Of a stretch of 64,000 nucleotides of DNA, positions 29,269-38,644 are shown piece after piece. The position numbers and the translations under genes were made by a program. Source of the DNA: an uncultured bacterium (GTDB lineage Bacteria > Zixibacteria > MSB-5A5 > JAABVY01 > JAHJOQ01); contig CBDUQR010000001.1 in NCBI GenBank assembly GCA_965369655.1, positions 64,001 to 128,000 of the forward strand. Reading direction: 5' to 3'. The stretch's first letter is position 1, and the number at the start of each line of letters is the position of its first letter. Under the pieces are notes generated by a model. That model was not told the origin of the DNA. It did not search any database and saw only the letters and a list, made by a program, of their open reading frames with translations.

Positions 29269-30728
29269 CGCGGAAGGTCTCCATAGTCACGCCATCCGAA
29301 ATAATTGGTGAGAAAATCAGCATAGCAGCCGCAGCGAATGGCGTCGAGGTGACGCTCTTTTCATCGTCGTCCGAATACCTCGCATCACCGTGGTCGACAG
29401 CGCAGAGTTTCACACTGATCGATTTCTCCGGCTGCGAATCCGACCTTGCTCCGCTGCTGCGAACAATCCTAAAGCAGCATTTTCGGACGCCTGTCTATCT
29501 TTTCAATGTCCCTCCCGATTACTCGATGCCCGACTCGATGAAGTTAGCAATCTCGGGCAGTTTCGAGTCTGGCCGATCAGCCGAGCAGATTCTGTCTCTG
29601 CTCTCGGATCACGACAGATTACTGGGAATCCTCGATTCGGAGGGCATTTGTGGCCACTCCGCACAGCTTATCGAGGCTGCTCAGACAATGGAGCAGGTCG
29701 CTGCCAGCGATGCTACTGTGCTGATCGGCGGCGAGAGCGGAACAGGCAAAGAAATGTTCGCGCGGGCGATTCACTCTTTGAGCGCGAGGAAATCGAAGCC
29801 GTTTATTCCGGTCAACTGTGGCGCGATCGCCGAGGGTCTGATCGAAAGCGAACTGTTCGGTCACGAGAAGGGATCATTTACGGGCGCGAGTTCGTTGCGC
29901 AGGGGATACTTCGAGACTGCCGACGGCGGAACGCTTTTCCTCGACGAAATCGGTGAGATAAAACCTGATGTTCAGGTACGGCTTCTTCGTGTTCTTGATC
30001 AGCGAAGCTTCATGCGCGTCGGCGGAACCGAGCAGATATCTGTCGATATTCGCCTAATCGCAGCATCGAACAAAGACTTGAGACTCCTGACGGATGAAGG
30101 TCGGTTCCGCGAGGATTTGTATTACAGGCTGTCAGTAGTGTCGCTCATGACGACTCCACTCCGCGAGCGTCCGGTTGACATAATGCCGCTCGTAATGAAA
30201 TTCCTTGCTGACAGGGGCAGGGAGGATTTTACCGTCGAGCCGGATGCAGTCGAACTTCTGTTGCGGTATAGCTGGCCCGGCAATGTGAGAGAACTGAGGA
30301 ATTTCGTCGAGTCGACACTCGTGACACTCCACGACAATCGGATATCAGCTTCGGCGGTATCACGATTCGTAGGTGCGCAGACGCGATCGAACAGGCAGCT
30401 TCCGGTAGCTACCGGCCGTTCGCGACAGGATGCGGATTTTCAGTTGATCTATCAGGCACTCCTGAATCTCGCGCAGGAAGTGGCGGGGTTGAGGAATGTG
30501 ATCCTCGGCAGAATCGAGACGGAAGACGCGCGGGAATCGGATGCGGGTCTGTCCGATGCTTCAGAGGTTCCGTCACAATCCATCGTCGGGTCGCTTCAGG
30601 AGATGGAGCGGGAGATGATCGAGAAGACGCTGAGTCAGGTCAGCGGCAACAGGAGAAAAGCCGCAGAACTGCTCGGTATCGGGCAGAGGACACTGTATCG
30701 CAAAATCAAGGAATATGACTTGAGATAG
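29265..30728 (+). CDS. Sigma54-dependent Fis-family transcriptional activator
   Basis: GESGTGKE, GSFTGA loop, FLDEIGE, WPGNVREL, C-terminal HTH; atypical N-terminal domain. Confidence 0.93.
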   Translation: MTRKVSIVTPSEIIGEKISIAAAANGVEVTLFSSSSEYLASPWSTAQSFTLIDFSGCESDLAPLLRTILKQHFRTPVYLFNVPPDYSMPDSMKLAISGSFESGRSAEQILSLLSDHDRLLGILDSEGICGHSAQLIEAAQTMEQVAASDATVLIGGESGTGKEMFARAIHSLSARKSKPFIPVNCGAIAEGLIESELFGHEKGSFTGASSLRRGYFETADGGTLFLDEIGEIKPDVQVRLLRVLDQRSFMRVGGTEQISVDIRLIAASNKDLRLLTDEGRFREDLYYRLSVVSLMTTPLRERPVDIMPLVMKFLADRGREDFTVEPDAVELLLRYSWPGNVRELRNFVESTLVTLHDNRISASAVSRFVGAQTRSNRQLPVATGRSRQDADFQLIYQALLNLAQEVAGLRNVILGRIETEDARESDAGLSDASEVPSQSIVGSLQEMEREMIEKTLSQVSGNRRKAAELLGIGQRTLYRKIKEYDLR

Positions 30729-30747
30729 ATGAAGAGGTGCGTCCGAC

Positions 30748-32307
30748 ATGAGGACCATAAGGGTCTGCCAGTGCATATTGATCGCGGTGATCTTAGTGGC
30801 ATTGCCGCAGGATCGGCTCCATGGTCAGCTCTTAACGGAATACGTCTTCCCGGATTATGAAACGCTCGAATGGTTGTACGAATCGGGGCAAATCGATCAG
30901 GATGAGTTCGACAGGTGGAGTGAGCTTTTCCTGGATTCGTTGCCTCACTCAATCGATAGTCTCGATTCGGCGCTCATCGGGGAAACGCCGCCTATCGTCA
31001 CCCGATCCAGACCCACCGCGTACAGAGTCGATTACAAAGCATACCAGAGAGCAGACGAGTCTGACCCATACTGGCATCTGATACGAATTCAGTCGAGAAA
31101 GAACCCTGGCATCTACGGCGATCTGACCGCCGAGAAACTGAGTGACGGCAGCTTTGCACTCAGGAATCGCATGATCGGCTGGTCGGACGGTTCATTGACG
31201 ATTGAGTTGGGCGGTGTCGATCTGGTCTGGTGCGGAGGGCTTGTAGCCGGAAGGCATCCTATACTGTTGAAAAAAGGCGACAGATCGAGGACCGCACTCT
31301 ATCCCTTGAAATCAAGATTTAACGGGCTGCTCGTACAAACTGCGCACGGGAATCTGACGGTCGCCACACTCGCATCCTACGATCAGGGAGATCAATTTTC
31401 ATCGTCTGCCTTTGGCGGAGATATTACATATAGCATTGGAAAGAGTATTATCGAGGCTTCCATTCTAAGTGGAAGAATCAGGAATATCGATGATGGTCGT
31501 ATCGCAAACATAATCGCATTCGGGACCGGTGCCGGCATCGTGCGCAGGAATTCATTTGCTGCGAGACTGAACACGTCGTTTGACAGTGATGGCGACGGCG
31601 CTTTTCTGGTCAGCCTGTTCTCAGCGAGACGCCAACACTCTGTCCGCGTCTGGCGCTACGACAGAGATTACACCAATCCATTTGGAGCCGGAAGAGCTAA
31701 TCCCGATACGCGCCCAGTGGAACTCGATGAAATCGACCTCGAATACAGGTCACGGTACGCTGACGAAACCGGAATCCAGACCAGAAGTCTTCTGCCGTTC
31801 TCGACTTATTCAATGCTGGTCGAATCGAACTGGTGGAGATCGGGAGTCACCGAGAAATACCGGGCCAGGCTCACGCACATATTCAAAGCGAACGACCGCA
31901 ATCGCCTTAAACTGACTCTCCTATCCGGCGACGATGACCTTGGTCAAACAGGATTCGACATCTACACAGCGCACCTGCAATACCGCAATACAGGCATATC
32001 CGCTGGTGATCTGATGCTCGCGGGAAGGGTCAGGTCGAAAGGCTATGCGGACAGAGACAGGATTTCATACTCCGCAGAAAGCAAGTTCGAGACGGGAAGT
32101 CCAGGGCATCGATCCGCACTGCTGATCCGCTGGTACGATCCCGACACGCGCAAAGACCGTGACCATTACCTGTACGGGTACATCAGGGAATCGTTTGACT
32201 TGGATGATCTGATGAGATTCTCCCTGCTCATAAGCTCGCGGTTCGGTCCGGCTCAGAACACGGTCGGAAGCACCCGGTTGAGACTCGAAACAGTCTGGCG
32301 GTTTTAG
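30748..32307 (+). CDS. Putative outer-membrane beta-barrel protein
   Basis: Signal peptide, alternating beta-strand pattern, C-terminal ...ETVWRF. Confidence 0.65.
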   Translation: MRTIRVCQCILIAVILVALPQDRLHGQLLTEYVFPDYETLEWLYESGQIDQDEFDRWSELFLDSLPHSIDSLDSALIGETPPIVTRSRPTAYRVDYKAYQRADESDPYWHLIRIQSRKNPGIYGDLTAEKLSDGSFALRNRMIGWSDGSLTIELGGVDLVWCGGLVAGRHPILLKKGDRSRTALYPLKSRFNGLLVQTAHGNLTVATLASYDQGDQFSSSAFGGDITYSIGKSIIEASILSGRIRNIDDGRIANIIAFGTGAGIVRRNSFAARLNTSFDSDGDGAFLVSLFSARRQHSVRVWRYDRDYTNPFGAGRANPDTRPVELDEIDLEYRSRYADETGIQTRSLLPFSTYSMLVESNWWRSGVTEKYRARLTHIFKANDRNRLKLTLLSGDDDLGQTGFDIYTAHLQYRNTGISAGDLMLAGRVRSKGYADRDRISYSAESKFETGSPGHRSALLIRWYDPDTRKDRDHYLYGYIRESFDLDDLMRFSLLISSRFGPAQNTVGSTRLRLETVWRF

Positions 32308-32310
32308 ATC

Positions 32311-33969
32311 ATGTTCAGGATGCTTATCACATCGCTCTTCATGGTCTCAGCACTGTCCATTTCGACGCAGGCGAAGCTGCTTCTCAACGAAGTCATGTCT
32401 AACGAACCGGGGAGAAATGTGTATCTCGAATGGGTGGAGATATGGAATTTCTCCGACACAGCGGTCAATCTCGACAAAACCGCTTTCGAGGATGGTGACA
32501 AGTTGACCGATCTGAGCAGTCTCGGAGATGTCGGGGCGGGAGAGTTCGTGATCCTGGCAAGAGATGTCGTCGAGTTCGAACTGTATTATGGCGATGCGTC
32601 GGGAGAGTGGGGCGACGATTCATCTGAAAACTACTCTCTCCTGTCGGCCTCGATGAGTCTTAGAAACGACATTGATTCTGTCGCCATTGTCGACTCGGCG
32701 GGGGTCGTGATTTCATATTGCAGATGGTCATCGCCGTCACCTGACGGTATTTCGCTGGAAAGAATCGACCCGCGTTTCGAGGATGCCGCAGCATCATGGC
32801 TCCAGAGCATGGCACCCACAGGTTCGACGCCGGGACGACGGAACTCAGTCACCCCCGGCGACAATGACCTTCAGTTGGGACTCGACGCAATAGTCACAGG
32901 CGAGTTCCGCGATCAGCTTCAGGTGTCGGCCACGGTGAAGAATGTCGGCCTGCAAGTATCCGAGCCGAATATGTTCACTGCCGGTCTCGATATGAATTAT
33001 GACGGTGTTCTCGATAACGATGAGCTTTTCGTTGAGACGCCTGTCGATCCGCTTCAGCCGTTCGATTCCATCATAATACAAACGCAGCAGATGCTGATAT
33101 CCGGCAGGTATACTCTGATGGCAGGATTGCAAGGTGATGACAACACATCGGACAACGACACGACTTTGACTGTCAGGTTCGGGCTCGACCCGTCTGAGAT
33201 TGTCATCAACGAATTCCTTGCGAACCCTGAGAACACGCTCGAATCAGAGTGGATCGAACTGCTGAATGTCTCGGGTGAGAATCTTAATCTGTTGGGCTGG
33301 TATCTTTGCGATGCTGTCTCGTGCGCGGAACTTCCGGACATTCAGATCGGAGCAGGCGAGTATCTCATTTTGACACAGGACAAGTTGTCTTTCAGCGCGT
33401 TCTACTTCGATGTAGACGCTCAGGTGATCGAGATCGACAGCTGGCGACAGTTGAACAACAGCGGCGACACGATATTCCTTGTCGATCAATCCGGGCTGAT
33501 GATCGACTCCGTGATATACCTGAAAACAAACGACGACAATGTGTCGCTTGAGCGAATCGACCCCGGCAGCGTCGGTTTCGAGTTATCGAACTGGTATCGC
33601 TCCACAGCATCTCGCGGATCGACGCCGGGCGAGTCGAACAGCGTGCTCGGCGGCTTTGACACTGAATCAGTATTCAGCCTCAATCGAAAAATCATATCCC
33701 CCGACGGTGACGGCATCGATGATCTGATCGCCATCAGCTACAGACTTCCGAGAGAATCGGTGGTGACACTTCGCGTGTTCGACCTGGTGGGCAGAGTTGT
33801 GAGAACCATCTTCGACGGCGCGTATCTCGTCTCAGGTGAACATGATTTCGACGGTGTGTCCGATAACGGTGTGCCTCTCGTTATCGGCATTTACATAATG
33901 CTCGCCGAGGTGTCCGGCGATACTGAGTCGACTCACAGGCTCGTATTCGCGGTGGCAGGCAGGAAATGA
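32311..33969 (+). CDS. Secreted lamin-tail-domain protein with CARDB-like and FlgD/T9SS-like C-terminal domains
   Basis: Two NE..N...EWxE.xN ... STPG..NS modules; ISPDGDGIDD; VFDLVGRVVR. Confidence 0.85.
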   Translation: MFRMLITSLFMVSALSISTQAKLLLNEVMSNEPGRNVYLEWVEIWNFSDTAVNLDKTAFEDGDKLTDLSSLGDVGAGEFVILARDVVEFELYYGDASGEWGDDSSENYSLLSASMSLRNDIDSVAIVDSAGVVISYCRWSSPSPDGISLERIDPRFEDAAASWLQSMAPTGSTPGRRNSVTPGDNDLQLGLDAIVTGEFRDQLQVSATVKNVGLQVSEPNMFTAGLDMNYDGVLDNDELFVETPVDPLQPFDSIIIQTQQMLISGRYTLMAGLQGDDNTSDNDTTLTVRFGLDPSEIVINEFLANPENTLESEWIELLNVSGENLNLLGWYLCDAVSCAELPDIQIGAGEYLILTQDKLSFSAFYFDVDAQVIEIDSWRQLNNSGDTIFLVDQSGLMIDSVIYLKTNDDNVSLERIDPGSVGFELSNWYRSTASRGSTPGESNSVLGGFDTESVFSLNRKIISPDGDGIDDLIAISYRLPRESVVTLRVFDLVGRVVRTIFDGAYLVSGEHDFDGVSDNGVPLVIGIYIMLAEVSGDTESTHRLVFAVAGRK

Positions 33970-34781
33970 TGAGACCACTATTGACACTCATATTACTTGT
34001 TGCGCCTGTCACGGCTGCATTTGCAGCTTTCGATCAACCGTCTGCATCACCGCTGCTCGCATCATGCGGGGAAACGCCTGCGAATGTCGGATTTCCCGCC
34101 GCGACGATGTCACTCTGTCCCGCGCTGATCACTCGGTCGGCTGGAATGTTTGTCGAACTGTCGGCTCAAAGGCTCTACTCGCTGCCGGAACTTGACAGCT
34201 ATAATGCGGCGATTGCGTATAGCAAAGGACGATTCGCTATCGGCGGCAGCTTTAATTCTATCGGAGCGAACGACCTGTATCTCGAAACATCGCTGGAGTT
34301 TCACGCTGCTGCAAGTCTCACCCGTTTTCTCAGTATAGGCGGAACTCTGTCCTATAGGCGAGTCGATATAGCCGAAGGATATAGCAGCTTGAGCAGTCTC
34401 TCGTCAGGCGTCGGTCTAACCACCGAGTTGTCGGATCAATTACTCGCATACGCCACGATCGAAAATCCATTCGAACCGGAGATTGCCGCAGGTACAAAGA
34501 TTCGCAGGCAATTCAGGTCGGGAATCGTGCTGGCAGGTTTTGAGAAAGTCAACTTCGCGATGGGTATCAGTCTGCGCTCAGGTAATCATATAAGATACCA
34601 TCTCGGAGAGACATACAGGTTGTCGGATGCGTTCACTATCTCTGGCGGCATCATGACAGCCCCATTTGTCCCGTCGCTCGGATGCAGCTTCTCATTCAAT
34701 ATATTTGCTCTCTCCTATGCTTACAGGTATCATCCCGATCTCGGGGGGACCCATGTCTGGGGAATCTCGCTGTCGAGGTGA
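33966..34781 (+). CDS. Putative PorP/PorV-like outer-membrane barrel
   Basis: Signal peptide, beta-strand pattern, C-terminal YAYRYHPDLGGTH. Confidence 0.6.
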   Translation: MMRPLLTLILLVAPVTAAFAAFDQPSASPLLASCGETPANVGFPAATMSLCPALITRSAGMFVELSAQRLYSLPELDSYNAAIAYSKGRFAIGGSFNSIGANDLYLETSLEFHAAASLTRFLSIGGTLSYRRVDIAEGYSSLSSLSSGVGLTTELSDQLLAYATIENPFEPEIAAGTKIRRQFRSGIVLAGFEKVNFAMGISLRSGNHIRYHLGETYRLSDAFTISGGIMTAPFVPSLGCSFSFNIFALSYAYRYHPDLGGTHVWGISLSR

Positions 34782-34824
34782 CAGGAAGCTTGGCTATCGA
34801 CAAATAGAGAGTATATTATAGTAC

Positions 34825-36003
34825 ATGAGTCCATTGAAAGACATTCTCAACTCGCGCCTGCGGATCGAGAAGACCGAAAAGGAGACCCTCGCGCCGTATG
34901 CCGCTCTGAGCGGCGAGTCGAGAGGCAGACGATATCCGGAGGAAGATCATCCCTTTCGGACAGGGTTCCAGCGCGACAGAGACCGGGTCATTCACTCCGC
35001 CGCTTTCAGGAGGCTGGAGTACAAGACGCAGGTGTTCGTAAACAGCGAGGGCGATCACTTCCGCACAAGGCTGACTCACACGCTCGAGGTCGCACAGATT
35101 TCCCGAACGATAGCGCGAGGACTCAGGCTCAACGAAGACCTCGCCGAGACCATAGCGTTGGTCCACGACCTTGGTCATACGCCGTTCGGTCACGCGGGAG
35201 AGAATATCCTGGACAGTCTGATGATGAAACACGCTGGCGGGAGTTTCAATCATAACAGGCAGAGCCTCAGAATCGTCGAGCATATCGAGCGGAGATACCC
35301 CGATTTCCCCGGGCTGAACCTGACCTACGAGACGAGAGAAGGTATAGTCAAACATGAGACGTCGTATGATCTGCCCGAGGCGGATGACTACGAGCCGGAT
35401 CTAAGCGCCACGCTTGAGGCACAGATAGTCAACTTCGCCGATGAAATCGCCTACAACTGCCACGATGTCGACGATGGTCTCTTCTCCGATATCCTTAAGC
35501 TCGATGACATTATGGATGTACCGCTCTGGCGTGAGCTTTATTTCCAATCGGAGAAACTTCACCCCGGCCTTTCCAGATCGAAGCGTCAGTTCCATGTCAT
35601 ACGAATGATGATAAACCGCGAGGTGACCGACGTAATCGACAGTTCCGCCGGACAACTCGACCAGATGAATATCGAATCCCTTGACGATGTACGACGATGT
35701 AAGAATCGGCTGATGCTCTTCTCTGCCGAGCTTGTCGAACAGAACAATCGCCTGAAAGAATTCCTCTTGGAGAACATGTACCGGCATTGGAAATTGATCA
35801 GGATGACCGGGAAGGCTCACCGCATCATAACAGCCCTTTTCGAGGCGTACCTCGAAGAGCCTCGACAACTTCCGCCAAGCTACAGCAGAAAGACCGAGGA
35901 GAGTTCGGTGACGCAGATCATCTGCGACTACATCGCCGGCATGACGGATCGTTTCGCGCTCCTCGAGTACCGGCGGCTGTTCGATCCGAGCGAGCCGGTA
36001 TGA
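34825..36003 (+). CDS. dgt: dGTP triphosphohydrolase
   Basis: FQRDRDRVIHS.AFRRL..KTQV, RTRLTHTLEV, HDLGHTPFGHAGE, IAGMTD. Confidence 0.96.
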   Translation: MSPLKDILNSRLRIEKTEKETLAPYAALSGESRGRRYPEEDHPFRTGFQRDRDRVIHSAAFRRLEYKTQVFVNSEGDHFRTRLTHTLEVAQISRTIARGLRLNEDLAETIALVHDLGHTPFGHAGENILDSLMMKHAGGSFNHNRQSLRIVEHIERRYPDFPGLNLTYETREGIVKHETSYDLPEADDYEPDLSATLEAQIVNFADEIAYNCHDVDDGLFSDILKLDDIMDVPLWRELYFQSEKLHPGLSRSKRQFHVIRMMINREVTDVIDSSAGQLDQMNIESLDDVRRCKNRLMLFSAELVEQNNRLKEFLLENMYRHWKLIRMTGKAHRIITALFEAYLEEPRQLPPSYSRKTEESSVTQIICDYIAGMTDRFALLEYRRLFDPSEPV

Positions 36004-36192
36004 TAAGATTGGATTGGCTGTCTGTATTGCATTAGTGTGAATCGCATTTCACATTCCTGAACCTTCTCCAACCCGTTCTCACTTCCCCTTGATGCTGTTC
36101 ACTGCTTGAACACCTGGGCTTGCAGTATGTATTTCAAAGAGTTGAGTCCTGATCATATCCGCTAAAAGCCAGCCCCAACTTCTAAGAGTATT

Positions 36193-36208
36193 GGGCACAC
36201 GCGTTGCT
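36193..36208 (+). promoter_or_regulatory. Sigma54 promoter
   Basis: gGGCACacgcgTTGCT, 37 bp upstream of ATG 36246; palindrome TGTGAA-N6-TTCACA near 36036. Confidence 0.65.
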
Positions 36209-36245
36209 CGACTATCTGAATGCGACAACACAATCAGGAGACATC

Positions 36246-36623
36246 ATGGAATGCTACTTCACATCCAATCTGATTGATTCGGAATCAGACAATCACAACG
36301 CTTTGCTCTCGTTCGCTGTGCCGGAATACGGGATAGTGTTCAGGGCGCAGTTCTCCGGGAAAGAGACAGAGTGCGAATATGCTTCTCTCTTGAGTCTTCT
36401 TGAATTCGTCGAGATAAACCCTCAGCTTTTCAAGAACAAGACAGTCGAAATATACGGTGACAGCACTATCGTGGTGAATCAGGTAAATGACAAGATGTAT
36501 TGCAACAAGCAGCTCGAACCATTTCGCAAGATGGCTCAGTTGTTCAGAAAGAAAATACCATACGTTCTTAATTATATCCCACCCAAAGAAAACCCGGCCC
36601 AGAAGGATATCGCCGCGCCATAG
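36246..36623 (+). CDS. RNase HI-like fold protein with a degenerate active site
   Basis: EYASLL..LE, IYGDS.IVVNQV, IPPKENPA; RBS AGGAG. Confidence 0.75.
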   Translation: MECYFTSNLIDSESDNHNALLSFAVPEYGIVFRAQFSGKETECEYASLLSLLEFVEINPQLFKNKTVEIYGDSTIVVNQVNDKMYCNKQLEPFRKMAQLFRKKIPYVLNYIPPKENPAQKDIAAP

Positions 36624-36750
36624 CTTCACGGCTCCAGACAGAGCACGGTGGACGGCAGACGACCCCGCAAAGTCCTGAGTCTCGAAGGGCAAGTCCTGAG
36701 CTTCGAAGGATCTGCCCCTTTTCAGTCACAGTTGAATCGGCAGATGTGGA

Positions 36751-36905
36751 GAGGTAGTCTCAAAAGTAGGTCGTGTTCCGAACACGAGACACGAGTGTGA
36801 GAAACGCGACAAATATATCTTGTTGAACTACAGTCGGGTTTCTTGCAGGCTCCGCCTGCTGCGGAACACCGACCTACTGAAGAACAGACCTTTTGGGACA
36901 GCCTC
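36751..36905. mobile_element. Non-autonomous TIR element (MITE-like) copy 1, 155 bp, TSD TGGA
   Basis: GAGGTAGTCTCAAAAG ... CTTTTGGGACAGCCTC, inserted in palindrome TCGGCAGATGT-GG-ACATCTGCCGA. Confidence 0.8.
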
Positions 36906-37019
36906 TGGACATCTGCCGAGCACGTGCTCGCAATGACAGCTTTATTTAAGTAGCTTCACTCAGTCATCCGGTGTTCAAATTCGATTGACTTCGACTGGGC
37001 GCCGCTCTACTATTCTGTT

Positions 37020-38066
37020 ATGGCTCAGGATCCGAAGAGCAAACTCGGACTGGAGGAGATGTGTGCCGCTATCGAAAAGGGCAGGATCGACCCGGTCTAT
37101 TTCCTGAACGGCAGCGAAGAGTATCTCAAGATCGAGGTGCTGGCACTGCTCCGGCGCCAGTTGTTTGGCGACGCGAAGGCTTCGGCGAATGTCGAGCGAA
37201 TAACGGCAACCTCCGGCTCAGCACAGACTATTGCAGACCTCGTGTCAGACTACTCGCTATTCAGCGGCGGGCGACTCGTGATTGTTTATGATATTCAAAA
37301 ACTATCGCCCAAGGGTCAGGAAACGCTCATCCCATCTCTGTCGTCCATACCGCAGGGCAATCATCTCGTGATCTTCGGCCCGCCATCGTTTGATCGTCGC
37401 AGGAAACTATTCAAGTACCTTGCGCAGAATACAACATGGGCAACCCTGCTGCCACTTAGCGAGAAATCCGCGCCATACTGGATCAAACGCAGGTTCAAGC
37501 AGCACGGCATTGCGATCTCTCAGCCCGCTGTCGATAAGCTGCTCAGATTCGTCGGGCATTCCTACGGCCTTCTCGCCACTCAGATCGACAAACTCGCAAT
37601 CGCATTCTCAGGCAAAGAGGAAATCGAGGTTGCAGATATCGAGAGCCATACCGCAGCCGCCGCGGAATATGACGTGTTCCGGCTTCTCAATGCTGTCGGG
37701 AAGAATGATCGTCCGAGGTCGCTCGAAGCACTCAACCGACTCCTCGAACGATCCGACGGCGTCGGTTCTGTCCTGTACTGGCTTGCCGAAACGAATTTCC
37801 AGAACTTCTACATAGAGTGCAACAAGGAGAAAATGTCGAGATCGGAGCTATCCTCTCGCCTTCGCGTTTCGCCGAAAAAACTGAATTGGCTGCTCCGCGA
37901 GTCATCCAGACATCCAGTCGGATATTACGAAGAATCCATCAGGTCGATCACCGAGGCGGAGATATCGATAAGGTTCGATCAAATTCCACCTCGGATCATA
38001 CTCGAAAGCCTGATAATTTCTCTGACGGCGCAGAACGACGGGAATAAACAAGCCGGGCGATTGTAA
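37020..38066 (+). CDS. holA: DNA polymerase III delta subunit
   Basis: PVYFLNGSEEY, SLFSGGRLVIV, IDKL, DVFRL. Confidence 0.88.
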   Translation: MAQDPKSKLGLEEMCAAIEKGRIDPVYFLNGSEEYLKIEVLALLRRQLFGDAKASANVERITATSGSAQTIADLVSDYSLFSGGRLVIVYDIQKLSPKGQETLIPSLSSIPQGNHLVIFGPPSFDRRRKLFKYLAQNTTWATLLPLSEKSAPYWIKRRFKQHGIAISQPAVDKLLRFVGHSYGLLATQIDKLAIAFSGKEEIEVADIESHTAAAAEYDVFRLLNAVGKNDRPRSLEALNRLLERSDGVGSVLYWLAETNFQNFYIECNKEKMSRSELSSRLRVSPKKLNWLLRESSRHPVGYYEESIRSITEAEISIRFDQIPPRIILESLIISLTAQNDGNKQAGRL

Positions 38067-38068
38067 GG

Positions 38069-38644
38069 ATGAAGACGGAATCGGCACGAGAGAGTCGACC
38101 TGACGAATCTGCTCTCATCGGCAAGGCAAGAAAAGGCGACAAGGAAGCTTTCTCGCAACTGGTAAGGCTGCATCAGAAGCGTATCTATTACCTCGTTTAC
38201 CGATTCTGCAGGGATCATGACGCCGCCGATGATCTTGCTCAGGAAACGTTTGTGAAGGCGTATATGGCACTCGATTCGTTTCGCGAGGAATTCAGGTTTT
38301 CGAGCTGGATTTCGACAATCGCCACAAACCTCGCGCTGAATCATCTCAGGCGTCAGAAACGCCAGGTGTCGACTGAGGATTATCCGATCGAGGAGATCAT
38401 TGCCGATCCCAACCCGGGGGCGGATCCGGCAAGGAGGCTGGCCGACAAGGAGATCATGGCCAAACTTGACGATGAAGTCGACAAACTGCCACCGGAGTTC
38501 AAGGCGGTGTTCGTGCTGAGGATGCACGAGGAACTCAGTTACGAAGATATCGCGGGAAGACTCGGCATAGAAATCGGGACTGTGATGTCGCGACTCTACC
38601 GCGCGCGGACAAGGCTGAAGAAAGCGCTGGAGGAATACCTGTGA
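38069..38644 (+). CDS. ECF RNA polymerase sigma factor
   Basis: GDKEAFSQLV, DDLAQETFVKA, FSSWI, GTVMSRLYRAR. Confidence 0.95.
   Translation: MKTESARESRPDESALIGKARKGDKEAFSQLVRLHQKRIYYLVYRFCRDHDAADDLAQETFVKAYMALDSFREEFRFSSWISTIATNLALNHLRRQKRQVSTEDYPIEEIIADPNPGADPARRLADKEIMAKLDDEVDKLPPEFKAVFVLRMHEELSYEDIAGRLGIEIGTVMSRLYRARTRLKKALEEYL

Noticed and set aside
34825-36003. dGTPase as an anti-phage dGTP-depletion system
   Set aside because: Host-like composition, housekeeping context and ordinary Dgt length.
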